From NCBI GenBank assembly GCA_037447605.1, contig CM074811.1, forward strand, positions 2,480,001 through 2,544,000: a DNA stretch of 64,000 bases, in the 5' to 3' direction. The notes under the pieces were generated by a model. That model worked only from the letters and a program-made list of their open reading frames with translations, made no database searches and was not told where the DNA came from. A program made the position numbers and the translations under genes. Source of the DNA: Zygnema circumcarinatum SAG 698-1b. Lineage: Eukaryota; Plantae; Zygnematophyceae. Shown piece by piece: positions 10,949 through 24,120 of this stretch (its first letter is position 1; every line of letters begins with the position of its first letter).

Positions 10949-13900
10949 TGTTAGCCAAGTAGCGCCGCTTATGCTTAGATATTGTACGGGGGTTCACACT
11001 AACATCGTTGTGGTCCTCGCTGAAACATGAGATTCCAAGTAAGAGTGTTCCTAGAAATACGTCGCCAAATGTCGCGCCTGTGACGCGCTATACGCCGGCG
11101 ATGTGTCGGCGAAATCCCAAGGCTGCATTCTATTTCGCTGTCTCATGATTCTCGGCTTGCGCTTCAATCACGAGACCGCAGGCCGCCAGCCCACGCTGAC
11201 AAGCGCTAACGGCGCGAAATGCTACCACGGAGGATTCGCCGCTGACGCGCTGGGACGCAGTACGGGTGCGCCGCTGAACGAATATGCCAGCATCTGGCGG
11301 CGACGCTGCACGACGGGCGGCGAAGTTCCCCAAGGCCAACCCGGACGGCATGCTCGTATGGGCGGGCGGAATCGCATCGACGACTGACCAGGTCGGTGGC
11401 CGGCGCAGTTTACGCAAAAGACCGCAGCCGGACGCTGAACGCTGCACTGGCCGCCGTGGGGAACGATGAGGGCGTGCCGTAACGCGACATCGGTCAACAA
11501 GGGAAGATGTCACACGTAACACGCCATGGCGTGTATATAGGTTTAGCTTTGTTATGTACTCTATACCAATATTAGACTATCAGAGTCTCCGCGGACTTAT
11601 TCTCAGGCTCGCCGTGTTGCCGGGTCGCCTCTCGCTTGTGTCGCAGTAAGGTAGTGAGTAAGGGGAGAAGTAGCTAGTGAGAGGGGGAGAACTTCATGTG
11701 GGTGACATTCTTATCATAAAGGAGTTTTAGAGCCGTGAGTTTTCTCCTATACTCTCGTGTGTGATTTCCGCAGTGCTACTCTCTGCGTTAATTCTGTGAG
11801 TTATGGGCAATGAGTGAAGTGAGATAGAGTGAGAGAGAGTGAAGATGTCTTCATCGTGTGGGAACCGAGTTCTCCAATGGGAGGGCGCATACGCAGGTGG
11901 CGCTTCGGTGCGCTGGCAGATTCATGCTCCAAATAAGCGGTATCAGAGCTACCGGTGGCGCATGGTGACTTTCGGCCGTGCGGAAGTTCCAGCATTCCCG
12001 CATTCACGTCAAGCATCAAGGCGTGCGCGAGATGGCGGCTGGGCCGTTCTTTGCTCGCGGGGCGTGGACCTGCTAGGGGTACGCCAACGCACTATCAAGG
12101 CACCGCGGTGCTACCGAGGGAGCCACGGGCGGAGCAAAGTAGGCCGTGGAACACTCAAGTGGCCGCATGGGAGTGCCAAGGACAGTCAAAGCGCCACCGT
12201 GATCGTCATGAGTGTGAGGGGAAGTCCTTCGTCCATGCTGTATGATCTCAAGACCTCACATGCCATGTGGAGGTGCTTATAAGAGATGTATGATGTAAAG
12301 CGATAACGCCACGCATAGTGAGTCTTTACACGCCAGCCTGGGAAGATGAAGATGACTTTCGATGAGAAACTGAAAGTGAATATATGGTCGCTTGATACCT
12401 TGGATGGAGAGGTTCATAGCTCTACGTAAAACCGCTAGGAGAGTGACCATAAGATCACCAGTTCTGGGATTGACCTTCTAGATTTCATGTAGCAGTCAGT
12501 AGCCGCTTTGTGGGAATTCGCCCTAACGAACTCGAAAAAGCCGACCTCGAGCAAGTGAAGGTGGAGGATCAAGGAGGAGTGACACCGCCTACATTACCGG
12601 AGTACCGAGAGAAGGTGCTAGCGCTGCACTCACGGCTGTAAGACCAAGAGGAGTTCAAGTTTACCGTAGGGAGAACACTTCAAGGGAGCGTAAGTTGGCA
12701 CGCGGTGGGTAAGTAAAGATCAAGCAATACTGCATCGCTATAAGAACAAGAGTCCCAAGATCGGGAGGAGGGAGGCGCTACCGCATCTTCTAAGAAGGAG
12801 AAGAAAGGCTTCAAGGGGATTCCGCGCTATAGCGAGGTCACAAGAGCACCAATGCGTGAGGGTCAATGAGACCAATCTGGCGATGGCCGAAAAGCGTCTC
12901 TGGGGCGTTCTCGACTTTTGTTGGGAAGATCCGTGTTCGTGATCCGGGCGCCCCGCTGATCGATTTCAGCGCCTTCCGGCCACACATGTGCGGCGACAAG
13001 TGTATGCTCCTCCACGCTGGACACGCTGAGAAGACTCATCTGTTCACTCGCAACCGGAGAGGGAGTGACAGCCACGCAAGGGTGGAGTAGCTGTAAGATG
13101 ATTTCGAGACGCTTCCGCCCACGGGCAAAGCAGGAGGAGCGCTTTGTGTATCGGGTGGATGCATCTACACCTCTCGGCCAAAATGTAACTTCATGTCTCA
13201 GCTGTGTGTGTAAGCAGGGGGTACTTGTGATCACGTGCTCAAGGAGAAGTCTTATGTGAGTTACCTACGCAGCGGACGGGAAGCGTCGCTTGAGGGTAAG
13301 GAGAAGGGAGGCCTGTATTATCTTCATTATGGCGACAGAGGGATTTAAGATGTGCATACCGGGTCAAAACTATAAATCTCTCGGCATCGGTAGGTTCTGG
13401 ACATCTTAACCATTTGGGGTTGCAACAGCTTGTCGCTAAGGGGCTGGTCCGTGTTGGGACGTGAGATGTCGGGAGAAGGAGCCGCTTTTGCAAGGAGTGT
13501 GTGAGAGGGAAGGCGACGGAAAACCATTCGGGCGAGCTTTGGGAGAGTGAGCGTACTACGCGCTAGAGAAATCGGAGCTCGTCTACAATTTACCTTTGTG
13601 GCCCGTGACACCGCACCCAGTGGAGGAGCTCGTACTTCATCACTCTTTCGGCGATTTTTCGGTGAAAATTTGGGTGAAAATTTCAAGAACAAGTCCGAGG
13701 CTTTCGGAGCCTTCGTGATTGGCGTATTCGGGAGCAGAGAGCGTGACAGAAATCAAGACTTCAAGGCCGTATTAAATCTGAGGGGCAGCTCAAGCCTAAG
13801 GAGTTCTCGGCGTAGTACTCTCAAGACTCGAATTAGGGCATGAATTCTCCGCCCCTACTCTCAAAGAATGGAGCTGTCGAAGCGTGTGCCAGGACGCTGG

Positions 13901-16900
13901 GGACATGGACCATGCTCATGCATTCCCCTTCCCGCTTTTTCTGGGAGAGGGCGGTGATGACCGCAGCCTTTACCTAGGAATAGATGCCTATCTTCTCTGG
14001 TGTCTTCAAGGACTAGGTTCCTCGGTGTGGAGTGTGTGGAGGGAGAAAAGCCTACTCGCTTCTACCTGCTTTTGAGCGGCCAGCTGTCGCATAAAGTGTC
14101 AAGGTTGCATAAGAGGAAGTTTGGACTCATGAGGCCGTTGAAGGATATGTTCTCGGCCAAGCAACAGATGGACAGCCAGCCAAGCATCTCATTGTGATTT
14201 GGAACCCATGAAATAAGGAAGTGCAGAGCTCTAGTGGACATCACTTCAAGTGGGATTTGCAGAAAAGTGGGGTGCAGGACACGACTAGGTGAGACCCAAC
14301 CCCAAAAGGCAGGATTGGAGATTGTGTATGAGGACGTGGAAACCAGCGGAGAAGGCGTTGAAGCGCCTCAGGTCCCGGTTTTGGAGGAGATCAGCACGCC
14401 GGAGAGCGCAGGAGCTGACTCGGGAGCAACACCGAACGTCGAGGCGGAGGCGGGAGTCGAACCCGAAGTACCGCAAGCCGGGGAGCCGGAGAAATCGACG
14501 GAGACGGCTCCACTACACACTCACCTGTCGGATGAGGAAGACTCGGTCGAAACTGTACCTTTGCACGGACAGGAGTCTGAGGACTTGGAGATGGCCGAGA
14601 GAGACGCGATGAGGGCAGGCAAGGATGCCTCCGGGATTTGTTCCCGGAATTTTCTTCAACTCGGTGAGTGGGAGAACGTGCTAGGACCATGAGGGAGTAC
14701 CTGGTAGGTGAGGGGAGGCTCAATGATATGTGCCGCCGCAGTATCACCTGATGTGAGAGAGTGCCTACGATTGCACTTCGCAGGAGTTGCTCTTCATCGG
14801 CATGATTACCGAAAGCCGCAAAACCTTCGAGAGGCTCACCATTGTTGGGCGGAGGGACCTCCATCAAGCCGGGCCGCTTCCACTCGCATCACCTTCCATC
14901 GGAGTTCGCTGCTCCAATCGATGACATATTTCCCAAACTCTCACATTCACTCATAGCCCATTTTACTTACGTGAGTGAACCTCTCTTTAATATGCAATGA
15001 ATAACAGAGAGAAAAGGATAGAGAAAGCCTCGCTCTAAAACTCCTTAATAATAATCTTGTCAACACAAAATGAGAGACCCTCTCAAATAGTAGCCCAATA
15101 AAACTCAAAAAGCCCACTACCTCGCAAAGACAGTTGTTGTAATGTTCAAGAACACGCAGCATCGCCTCGTGAGTCTGATAATAGCTACGCTGATAATCGG
15201 TTAAAGATCAACAACCAAACAAAATAACACACTATATAATGGCGTCACAACATCCGCGACACTACCATACAACGGCTCACAACATCACTAGCTACACCGC
15301 AAGGGCCCTATCCTCGGTCTCTAATCCCCGCTGCCGATCCTCGCCGCTCACACCTGACCCGTGACGCTTTCTCCTCCGCCGTGATCCGACTTCTGCTAAT
15401 CCACGCCTTGCGCCAGATTGGCCCCCCTCGCCTAAGATTTACGACGCTGCCAAACTCAAGGCTGCCGCACGCTAATCGGCGACCGACAGCCCGCATAATG
15501 ATGAATCGCTGCCGGTTATTTCGCGACGCCGCGATCGGGCCAAGTCCTAATCGCTCAATCCAAAGGCTGACGCCGCTACCGCTGCCACTCCGACTACAAG
15601 GCAGATTTTCCCGCCGTCAGCCACATCTTCACTCCGCCTCACGGGCCGCCCCGCGTTAATACTTTCCGATTCGCCGCTGCCGCCACCGTCACTTCTCGAC
15701 CTCGCCGCCGCTTCTTTCCAATCGACCAAAATGTCCGCATCGCCGCCATTAACTTAAAGCGCCGCACGTACGCCAAGGCAAGGAAACACATTAACATAAA
15801 CACAGCCAAAACTACGTTCCAACAAAACATGCCAACTATCATACACTAACAATCCCCCTCTTTGGAACTTCTAGTTTTGCATGGGCCCCAGCCCAATCAA
15901 CCTGCAGTTGACTAATAGTGTTTCCCCGCTAGCCCCCTTTGTTAGCATGTCTGCGGCTTGCTCCTTGGTGCCTACGAACTTCACCTCCCCTATCGCCTCC
16001 CTCGACCAACTCTACATAAATTTGGTAATCGCACCAACGTGTTTCGGGTCCTTCAGGAACACGTGGTTTCACCTCAGTAAGGCAACGACGCATCGGGACA
16101 TCGTTTCCAGAACAAGTGTAATCGCCGGGTCCTCTTTTGCATTCTTCTCAAAGAATCGCGACGAACTACATACCTTCCTTCGGCACGCATAAGCACCTAT
16201 GTACTCGCCCGGGTGTTCGGCGATAACGCCAACACCGAAGTCCCGCAGAACTTGAACTCCACGGTAAATCGCTTCCTCCTCCATTCAAACGAAACCCTCA
16301 AGTCGAAATGCGGACGACGTATTATCTCCTCCCCAATCCGAAGCCCCAGATAGCCAATCATTTCGCCGCCCCCTCTCATACCATTCCTCAGAATCGAAGC
16401 CGCCCTCCCTTCATATATATATATATTCAAAAATCTCTTCATCGGCTTCTCCCAAATGTCGAGGCCCGGATTCTCCATGAATCGCTGGCCGAGCTCACCG
16501 CCAAGTCCGACGCTGCTCCATCATCAAGTACATTAGACTCCCCAATCGCGGATCTCAGATGCACTCCGGTCATCTTTTGTGCCTCCAAGATCCGCAGCGT
16601 GTGACATCTCCTTCGAAAAGCCTAGTGCCGACTTCCATGGGCCGAACACGCCTAGCATCCTCTCCATCGGAAATCGGGCAAGTACATTCAAGTATACTCT
16701 TTGACATAAACAAAGCTTCCATCTCGCCTCTTCGCCTCGCATTCCTCAAAGCAGAGGTCAGCGCTTCTCCCATCTCATATTTTGAAATTTGCCTCAAGTA
16801 CCTTCAAAGATCCGATTCTTTCAAGCGGAGAGGCTCACCATGATGAGATCGCCTATTGATGTATCCCAACGTAACAATTTATACCGCCTCTCTCCTCGGA

Positions 16901-19900
16901 CGGCATAATCTTAATGATCCTCAGGCTCCCAAACCGAAAGCGGGAAGTCATTCCTCCTCAAAAGATCGTCAATCTTTTCGTACCACACTCTCGGCGCCTG
17001 CTTCAAGCCGTACAGGCTCTTCACCAGTCGACAGACTAGGTGCTCCTTCCCGGGGACGACCTTCCCCTCCGGCTGCTTCATGTAAATCTCTTCCCGCCAG
17101 ATCACTCTACGAAATGCCGCCTTGATGTCCAATTGATTGACGCATTCCTTCAAATCACGCACGGAAATCAAGGCTCTCGTGGAATTGAATCCTTTACCAA
17201 TCGGAGCCTAACGCCCATGTAGTCAATCCCATACCGCCGTCAGATGTCCCGCCACTCAAATCGCGCCTCTCACCTATCCACGCCTGCCCCGCCTTCCTTC
17301 TCGACTAGCACCCATTTGCAAACATAGCTCGCCTCCTCGAGGCGCCTCCTCCAATCTCCACGCCGCTTCTCGACCGCCGCCCCATTCGCTATCGGGATCG
17401 CAACCCGCCACTTATCGCCATCGACTCCGGCCGCGCTCTCCCTCAAAGGTCCGTGGCCTTAGGCGAAACAAAGGCAACTCTACAAGGTCACCGACCGACG
17501 CACTCTCTTGACGCATCGCGCCTCAGCGAAAACCGACCGTGTCGCTGCCTCTACGCTTCCTCCGATCGCTCTTCGCACTTGGCCCTCGGTGAAGTGTAGT
17601 CCTGTGAATAAAACCCGGGGCATGTTCCGCTAACATTGCCTCTCCCTCTCTACCGCCCAAGATCCTTCCTCACAGTGACCGCTCTTACATCGGAAGCCTT
17701 CCTCTTCACCACCGGAAAGGAGCTGTGCTGGCGGGAATCAGCTCACGAATCAGCGGCCTTCCTCGCGACGCTTCCACGCGCCTTTCTCCATCATCACCGG
17801 CCACATTCTGCCGGGCCGCCACCGTTTCCTGGGCCTCTTCATTTGCCGACTTGCCGCACCTCAGACGCACCACCCTTCTTCCAATCGCCCTCCTCGCATA
17901 ATGCATCTCGGTGGTCGCCTCATCGAGGTAAGATCTCGAGAGTCCGCAAACACGCCAACAAAATACCCCTACCACCCGTAATGTCTCGCCCCGAGAAATT
18001 CTCGAAAGTAGTTCCAAACCCCGGCGCTATTGGCCGCCGAAGGTCAGAGTTTACACTAGCCCTCCACCACGGGGTCGACCTCTTCTCCTGCCGCCTTTGG
18101 GCAAAGGCAGCCCAAAGATCGCCAAAGGTCCTCAGTGTGGGAAACTCCTGGGGCTTCCCTCCCACCCACATCTCAAAGTGGACCGTCTTTCGCACGTGCC
18201 ACTTTAATATTCCTCCTAACGTGCAGTTGTACTGCAGAGACCGCCCCCAAAAGGAAGCCTTAAAGGGGAATCAATCAACACGGCTCCGCCATTCCCCCAA
18301 TGTCCTATTCACACGTTCACCGCCCATTACTGGAATAGGGGTCAGACCACGTTTTATACCGCTGCTCTTCGTAAACGCCACACTCTTCCCGATTTCAACC
18401 TCAGCCACCATCATTCAACGGGGTGCCTCTCTCAGCCCCCTGCCTCGCTCTCCGCCTCGGTTCACCAAAGGCCCGAAAGCCTCTCACTTGTTCTTCAGAG
18501 TTGGTGATCCAAATCTTCCTCGAATACGCCAAGGAAAGGTGACGGTACCTCGGCCTCATCGTCGGCCGGGCAGAATCGCCACATGTTTCTAATGTACCAA
18601 TTCCAACTTTTCTCAAGGCCATAGACCTTCGCTCACTTTCACGCATCGGTCTCCCTCGCGGCACTTTGCCCTCCACACACATTCACTCAAGAAACCCCAA
18701 CTCTTCTCCACTACACCTGTTCAAATTTCCACCTTGACTAGCCCCCCTCCCTCAGCCCAGCCATGCCTCAGGTGTTAACAAGTCTACTTATGCCATACAT
18801 CTAATGCGCATTTCCCTCAAACTCATTCACCTCCTCATGATTCTCCCTCTCTTATAATCAAGATAATACGCTCTCCCTCTCTCATAACCCCTCGAATACT
18901 GCCTCCCGCCGAAAGCCGATAGCCAATGCGATGTGATTCTCAAACAGAACATCAGATTCCTTCTTGCACACTTGGCTCACGTGCATACGAAATTCTCGGG
19001 TGATGAGGCCGTGGGTGTGAAGAACATCACCAATGTGCGCTTCCCTTTAACATCGCTCTCTATTGATGACCGAAAGCCGTTCTCAGGACTATCCTCACGG
19101 GCCCACTTCCGCCACGACTCCTTCACCGTTGGGTCAATGAATCGAGCGAAGCCTTCTCCAAGTTGTCGAGCTTGGAGAACATCGATGTGTCTCCGCACAT
19201 ATGCGTGGAAGCGCCGGAGTCAATCAGCCACGGCCGCTTCAGGTCCTCTGCCTGAATCCTTCCCACAAAATCGTGCTCAGTATTCTCTGCCAGCATGAGG
19301 TTGCTCTCAACCGCTACCTTGCGCCTCAACTTTGGTGATTTTCCTTTTGCACTTGAAACAAGTGCCGCCAACGCCTTCTTTCTCCTTTCTGCTCTGGATG
19401 AAGTCGCTGCTTTCCCCTTTCTCTGGATCATGAAATGGAAATGCCGGAGTAGTGGCCGGTCTTGCTACATGTGAAGGCGTCGCCATTCGAAGCTTCTCCT
19501 CGGCTGACTTCGTGGGCTTCCTCCCTTCTTCGGATCTTGGCCGAGTGTGCAACGCTTTAGCACCTTCTCTTCTTGGCCATCCCACCGAATCTCCTCCTTA
19601 TCCTACGCTTAACTCCTGTTCAGCCATGAGGTATTGGTCGAATCGCCTCCCTTCAAGGCCGCCATCAAATCTCGAATCTCCCGGCAAAACCCCTGTAAAC
19701 CGGGGCTTTTATCTTATGGTCCGTGATCTAAATCGCTTCCTAAGGCTATGAACCTCTCCATCAACGATCAAAACTGACCATATAAGCTTCTAGTTTCTCC
19801 TCCTCAAGTCATCTTCATCTTTGCCTAGCCGAAGTGTAAAGCACTCCACTATACCACATTGTCTTTCACATCATGCTACTCTCTGCATACTCCACATAAA

Positions 19901-22211
19901 GATGAGAGGTTTTCGCTGTGATCATATGATGTAGGATGGACTTCCTCTTACGCCATAACCACCGCTGCCGTGGCTTTTGTTGTCTTGGCCTTCCATCGCG
20001 AAGGCCACGCCGCGGCTCCTCGACCGCCGCCCACAGGCTCCAACCTGCACTCCGCCTTTGACGCCGCCATCAACGCATTTTAAGCAATCCTTTGCCCACA
20101 AGCAAAGGCACCACCCTCCATCTCCACGCTGTGGCCCCGCCCATCAACGCCGGTATGCTTCAACCTTTCGGACGTCCCCAGTTCCAAGGGCGAGCCTGGA
20201 TACCACTTTGCCAGCGGAGTGACTCCCACCGGCCGGGCCGCTTCCACTCGCGGTCACCTTCCATCTGAGTTCATGCCTTAACACCGATGATGACATTTCC
20301 CAAACTCTCAGCATTCACTATAGCCTCATTTACTCACAGAGTGCAAACCTCTCTTCGCATATGCAATGGAATAATAGAGAGAAAAGGGATAGAGAAAGCT
20401 CTCTCTAAAACTCCTTAATAATAATCTTATCAACACAAAATGAGTAGACCCCTCTCAAATAGCCCAATAAACTGCAAGCTCCACTACCTCGCGAAAGACA
20501 AGCAAGTGTAATGTTCGGAAGAACACGCAGCATCGTACTTTCCTCGTGAGTCTACACAAATTTACGCTGGAGTAATCGGGGTTAAAGACAACAAATCTCA
20601 AACAAAATAACACACTATATACTTATGTCACAAATATCCGCGACACTACCATACACCCCAAGCCACAATATTTTACTAAGTGCCCGTAAGTAAGGGCTCC
20701 TATCTCGACCCTAATCTCACAGCCGATCCTCGCGGCCGGGCTCACACTCTATCTCAGACGCTTCTCCGGGCTGATCCTCACGCTTCTAAGCTAATTCATC
20801 GCCTCAAGGCCGTAGATCCGACCCTCGCTTCCAAGATTGATGACGCTGGTTAAACTCAAGGCTGCCGCGACGCCAATCGGCTATCCCCGACGCCGGCCTG
20901 CATAATGATGAATCGCGCTACCGACATTTCGCTGACGCCGCATCGCCAAGTCCAATCGCTCAATCCAGTTGTTGACGCCGCTGCCATTCGGGATCAAGGC
21001 TACAGATTGCCGCCACATCTTTCACTCCGCCTCCCGCTGCCAGTCTGCGTTAATTACTCTCTTTCTCGATTCGTCGCTGGTCAAATATTACTTCGGGATT
21101 TCGGCTGCTGGCCGCTACTTCCACCGACCAAATGTCCGCATTCGCTTCATTAACTTAGCGCCAAGACCGGCCATAAGGAAAAACACACAACACAAACACA
21201 CAAAACTAATGCTCCAACAAAACACGCTAACTATCATACCGTCAACCATGGGGTCGATGGAGCCGGGCGGGCGCAGCAAAATGATCATAGCGCAGTGGAA
21301 TAGTCCGGAGCAGAACGACGCGGGCGATCGAGAAGCCGCCAGCGGGAAGGAGAGCTATTGACGAAGTGGGTGTTCGGCGTAGCTTGCGCGACGGGAGTGT
21401 CGACCGCTACAAGGCGGCCGGTGCATGGGTGGCTACGTGTACCTGCAGGCCTAATCGACTACACGGAGACTACCGGTGGTGAAGCTTTAACTCCCTCCGC
21501 GTTCTAATCTCATCACCGCCGAGGGATGCATGTCCATCGGGCTAGGGATATCAAGACCGTTGGGTACTTTTAGATCTCGCCAGGAGATTCACATGGAGCA
21601 GCCCAAGGGAAAGTTGTCCCGGCAGAGCATCTCGGCTCTGCCGCCTAGTGAAGAGTCCGTGACGGATCGGGCGGTGCACCCAGATCCGCACGCAGAAGAT
21701 TGACGCATCTTCCGGTTAGAACGGATTTGGCGCGCTTTGAGACGATCATTCGTCACCGGCAAGCGAGAGGAGGGAGATCTCATATACGCGTTGGGATCTA
21801 CGCGATGACTCTACATTACGGTGAGTCTCTCATCGAGAGAATCAATGATTCAAGAAGCTTTTGCAAGCTAACTTCCAAAATGTCGGATCTAGGAGGCGCA
21901 GATTCCCCGGGATACAACAAGAGGGGGGCGTGGACGGAAGTCTCTGCTCAAGTCGTAAGAAGTACGCGATGTACTTGCTAGATCTCAATATGGAGGAGTG
22001 CGTATCAAGGTAATTCAAATTGGCGTGGAGACGGCAAGGAGATTGTCGAAGATATGGAGCTCCGGGCGACGACGCTGAGGTACAAATTGCGACGTAATGG
22101 AGTGCCGCATGTGACCGCTATCGGAAGTTTAATGTACCTAATGATTGGTACCCGACCGGACTTGGCGAAGGCTGTGAGCGCCGCAAGTCGGTTCATGGAG
22201 AATCCCGGCCC
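10949..22211 (+). mobile_element. Ty1/copia element 1, degenerate, interrupted by copia 2; 3' end lost in N gap
   Basis: 5' LTR ~10949-11934; PBS GGTATCAGAGC 11939-11949 (tRNA-iMet type). Protease HMCGDK and integrase remnants run to ~14840. RT resumes at 21250 ([44 protein letters not shown]). Confidence 0.85.
14843..21244 (-). mobile_element. Ty1/copia element 2, full-length structure, frameshifted
   Basis: LTRs 14843-15851 and ~20209-21244; PPT reverse complement ATCCCCCTCTT at 15852; degenerate PBS ~20198-20207; WLIDSGASTHMCGD, integrase and RT motifs; exact TSD ACCAT at 14838-14842 and 21245-21249. Confidence 0.92.
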
Positions 22212-22221
22212 NNNNNNNNNN

Positions 22222-22395
22222 GTAGGTGTCGCTTTTAGTTTTCCGCTGTGCGCACCTGGCAAGGGGTGGATGGAAGGCAGTTAGTGGAGGAAGCGGTATG
22301 TGGCCCAAGTGGAAGATGAAGAAAGTTTTGAGCTTCATCCGGGCATGTATTTATCCCTTCCTTGAAGTCTGCCCTCTGGGCCCCTTGCACCAACA
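22222..22395 (+). mobile_element. 3' terminus of an LTR of family C (rest hidden in N gap)
   Basis: Near-identical to 32490-32662, 33420-33598 and 38240-38415; ends CTTGCACCAACA. Confidence 0.85.
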
Positions 22396-22444
22396 AAAGC
22401 CACGCCGGGCCCTAAGTAACCCTTCCCCCTTGGGGTGACTGTAG

Positions 22445-22708
22445 CGTTTCGCTACACGCGGCTGCCAAGGCTTGTCCTCGGCAATCATGTGCGAGGACGT
22501 CTCCATAGAAGAGGGAATGAGCGGAGGGCCGATCTTTAGTCCCTACAATGGTGTGAATGTGGCGGGGACTCTTTCCGGGGGACCTTCCGACGACAGTTGT
22601 CCTAATTATTACACTGCTTTGACGGGGACGTACTCTTTGACGACTCTGGTCACCGCCATTGGCTGCAAATATACAGTCAGTGGAGGTGTGTACAGGGCTT
22701 TGTGCTAA
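22445..22708 (+). CDS. C-terminal fragment or exon of a trypsin-like (V8/Trypsin_2-type) serine peptidase
   Basis: Open frame ...CEDVSIEEGMSGGPIFSPYNGVNVAGTLSGGPSDDSCPNYYTAL...*. GxSGGP is the catalytic-Ser motif, followed by the typical V-x-G strand. The 5' part was not found. Confidence 0.55.
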   Translation, partial: RFATRGCQGLSSAIMCEDVSIEEGMSGGPIFSPYNGVNVAGTLSGGPSDDSCPNYYTALTGTYSLTTLVTAIGCKYTVSGGVYRALC

Positions 22709-23762
22709 GCGTTGGCAGGTGGAGGGGGAAGCACCTGCGAGAGTAGAAAACGTCGCTTCAAACGCCGCAGGAAGAGCGGGTGGATTATGGCTGCTGCCGC
22801 CTCTAGGGGATAGGGGGTAATTTATACTGGACGTTGTTTGACCAAAGGGTGGGTAGTCATTTTGCGGGTCGCTAAGGTGTGGGAGGAGTCTTCAGAAGAA
22901 ATCTTTCGCACTGAATAAGCAAGGAGCTATAAGTCCAATTGTGATTCGCACATAGTGACGGCAGGAGGGGGAAAAATATGTTTTCGTTGAATGGACTTGT
23001 CGGAAAAACTTTCACCTGGTCTTCTTAGTTTAGGGGATTTTACTGTAAGTACCATAAAGCCCTAAAAAACCTTTTTTTTGGTTAAAAAAACGAAAAATGA
23101 ATTGGCATCGCACTCACGATGGCGATTTCATCATATGTACATGAACTCTATTTGTTAGCTTAACAACATGGCTTTAGAAATTGGTGCAAACACTTCGACT
23201 TTTATTGATTGGAACCAATCGATCAGAACACTTGTGCATTTGGAATCACAACATATAGTCACTCATTCAAAGACCCAATCGCATCAAAGCTTTTTCAACG
23301 CCAGCCAAAGCTCTTCATATCTATTTATATCCATCGTAAATTACTCTAAATATCACCTTCGTAGAATCCATCATACTCTTGAAATCTCCTCACAGAAACT
23401 AAATTCCAGATCAGAACATCCCTGGGTCTCAGCAACAAAAACAAGAACTGAAGTACGAATTAAAATTGAAAATGAAATAAAAACTGTTTTTTCTGTCTTT
23501 TCTTTCTGTCTTTTTTGCTACGACGTCAAGGCTGAAAAAGTCGACAACTTTAGAACAGCAAACTACTCAAAAAGACCATGAACGGATGTACATGCCCGCT
23601 AAACGAGCGTTATTTGTACATAACCGTCAGTATTTATCATCCATACACGCCACATTTACGGGGTTTTCAAAACCAATTTAGGGGACAGTCCCCTATATTA
23701 GGCTAGAATTCCCTATTTGAGGAGGCCTGCCCCAACTCGTCCAAGGAGAAGGAAGTAGGCGG

Positions 23763-23864
23763 CATTGATCTCGCGATGGCGATGCCCTCAACGTACAGGG
23801 ACAGAGTGAGTCAACATGGGGAACCACGAGGAACCAACCGTTCACAAAGGACCCTAGCACAAGG
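23763..23864 (-). mobile_element. 5'-truncated 3'-end fragment of the CRE-like LINE family
   Basis: Matches 46812-46910 directly and 46630-46725 in reverse complement. A shorter relic lies at 23103-23143. Confidence 0.6.
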
Positions 23865-24120
23865 CGTTTTTCTGCACGCGACCGTACACTACAGTACAGT
23901 ACAGTAGGACCCCGTCATATTTTCCACCTACAATAGGGCGTGTCAGACTTAACAAAATGTTACGAATATCGAGTTTTTAGTATTACGAGAATCGAGGTTA
24001 CTAAGTGTTGAAGCAGGGAACTGTTCGCTGCCGCCAGCAACACCTCGTGTGTCGCCCTCCACGGGAACTCGTGTTCCCACTGATGATGACATTTCCACTT
24101 TATCACTCTCAAGGCTCTAT

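Noticed and set aside
17636-18592. 318-aa + strand ORF
   Set aside because: It is antisense to the copia 2 integrase region with no recognisable motif; a shadow ORF.
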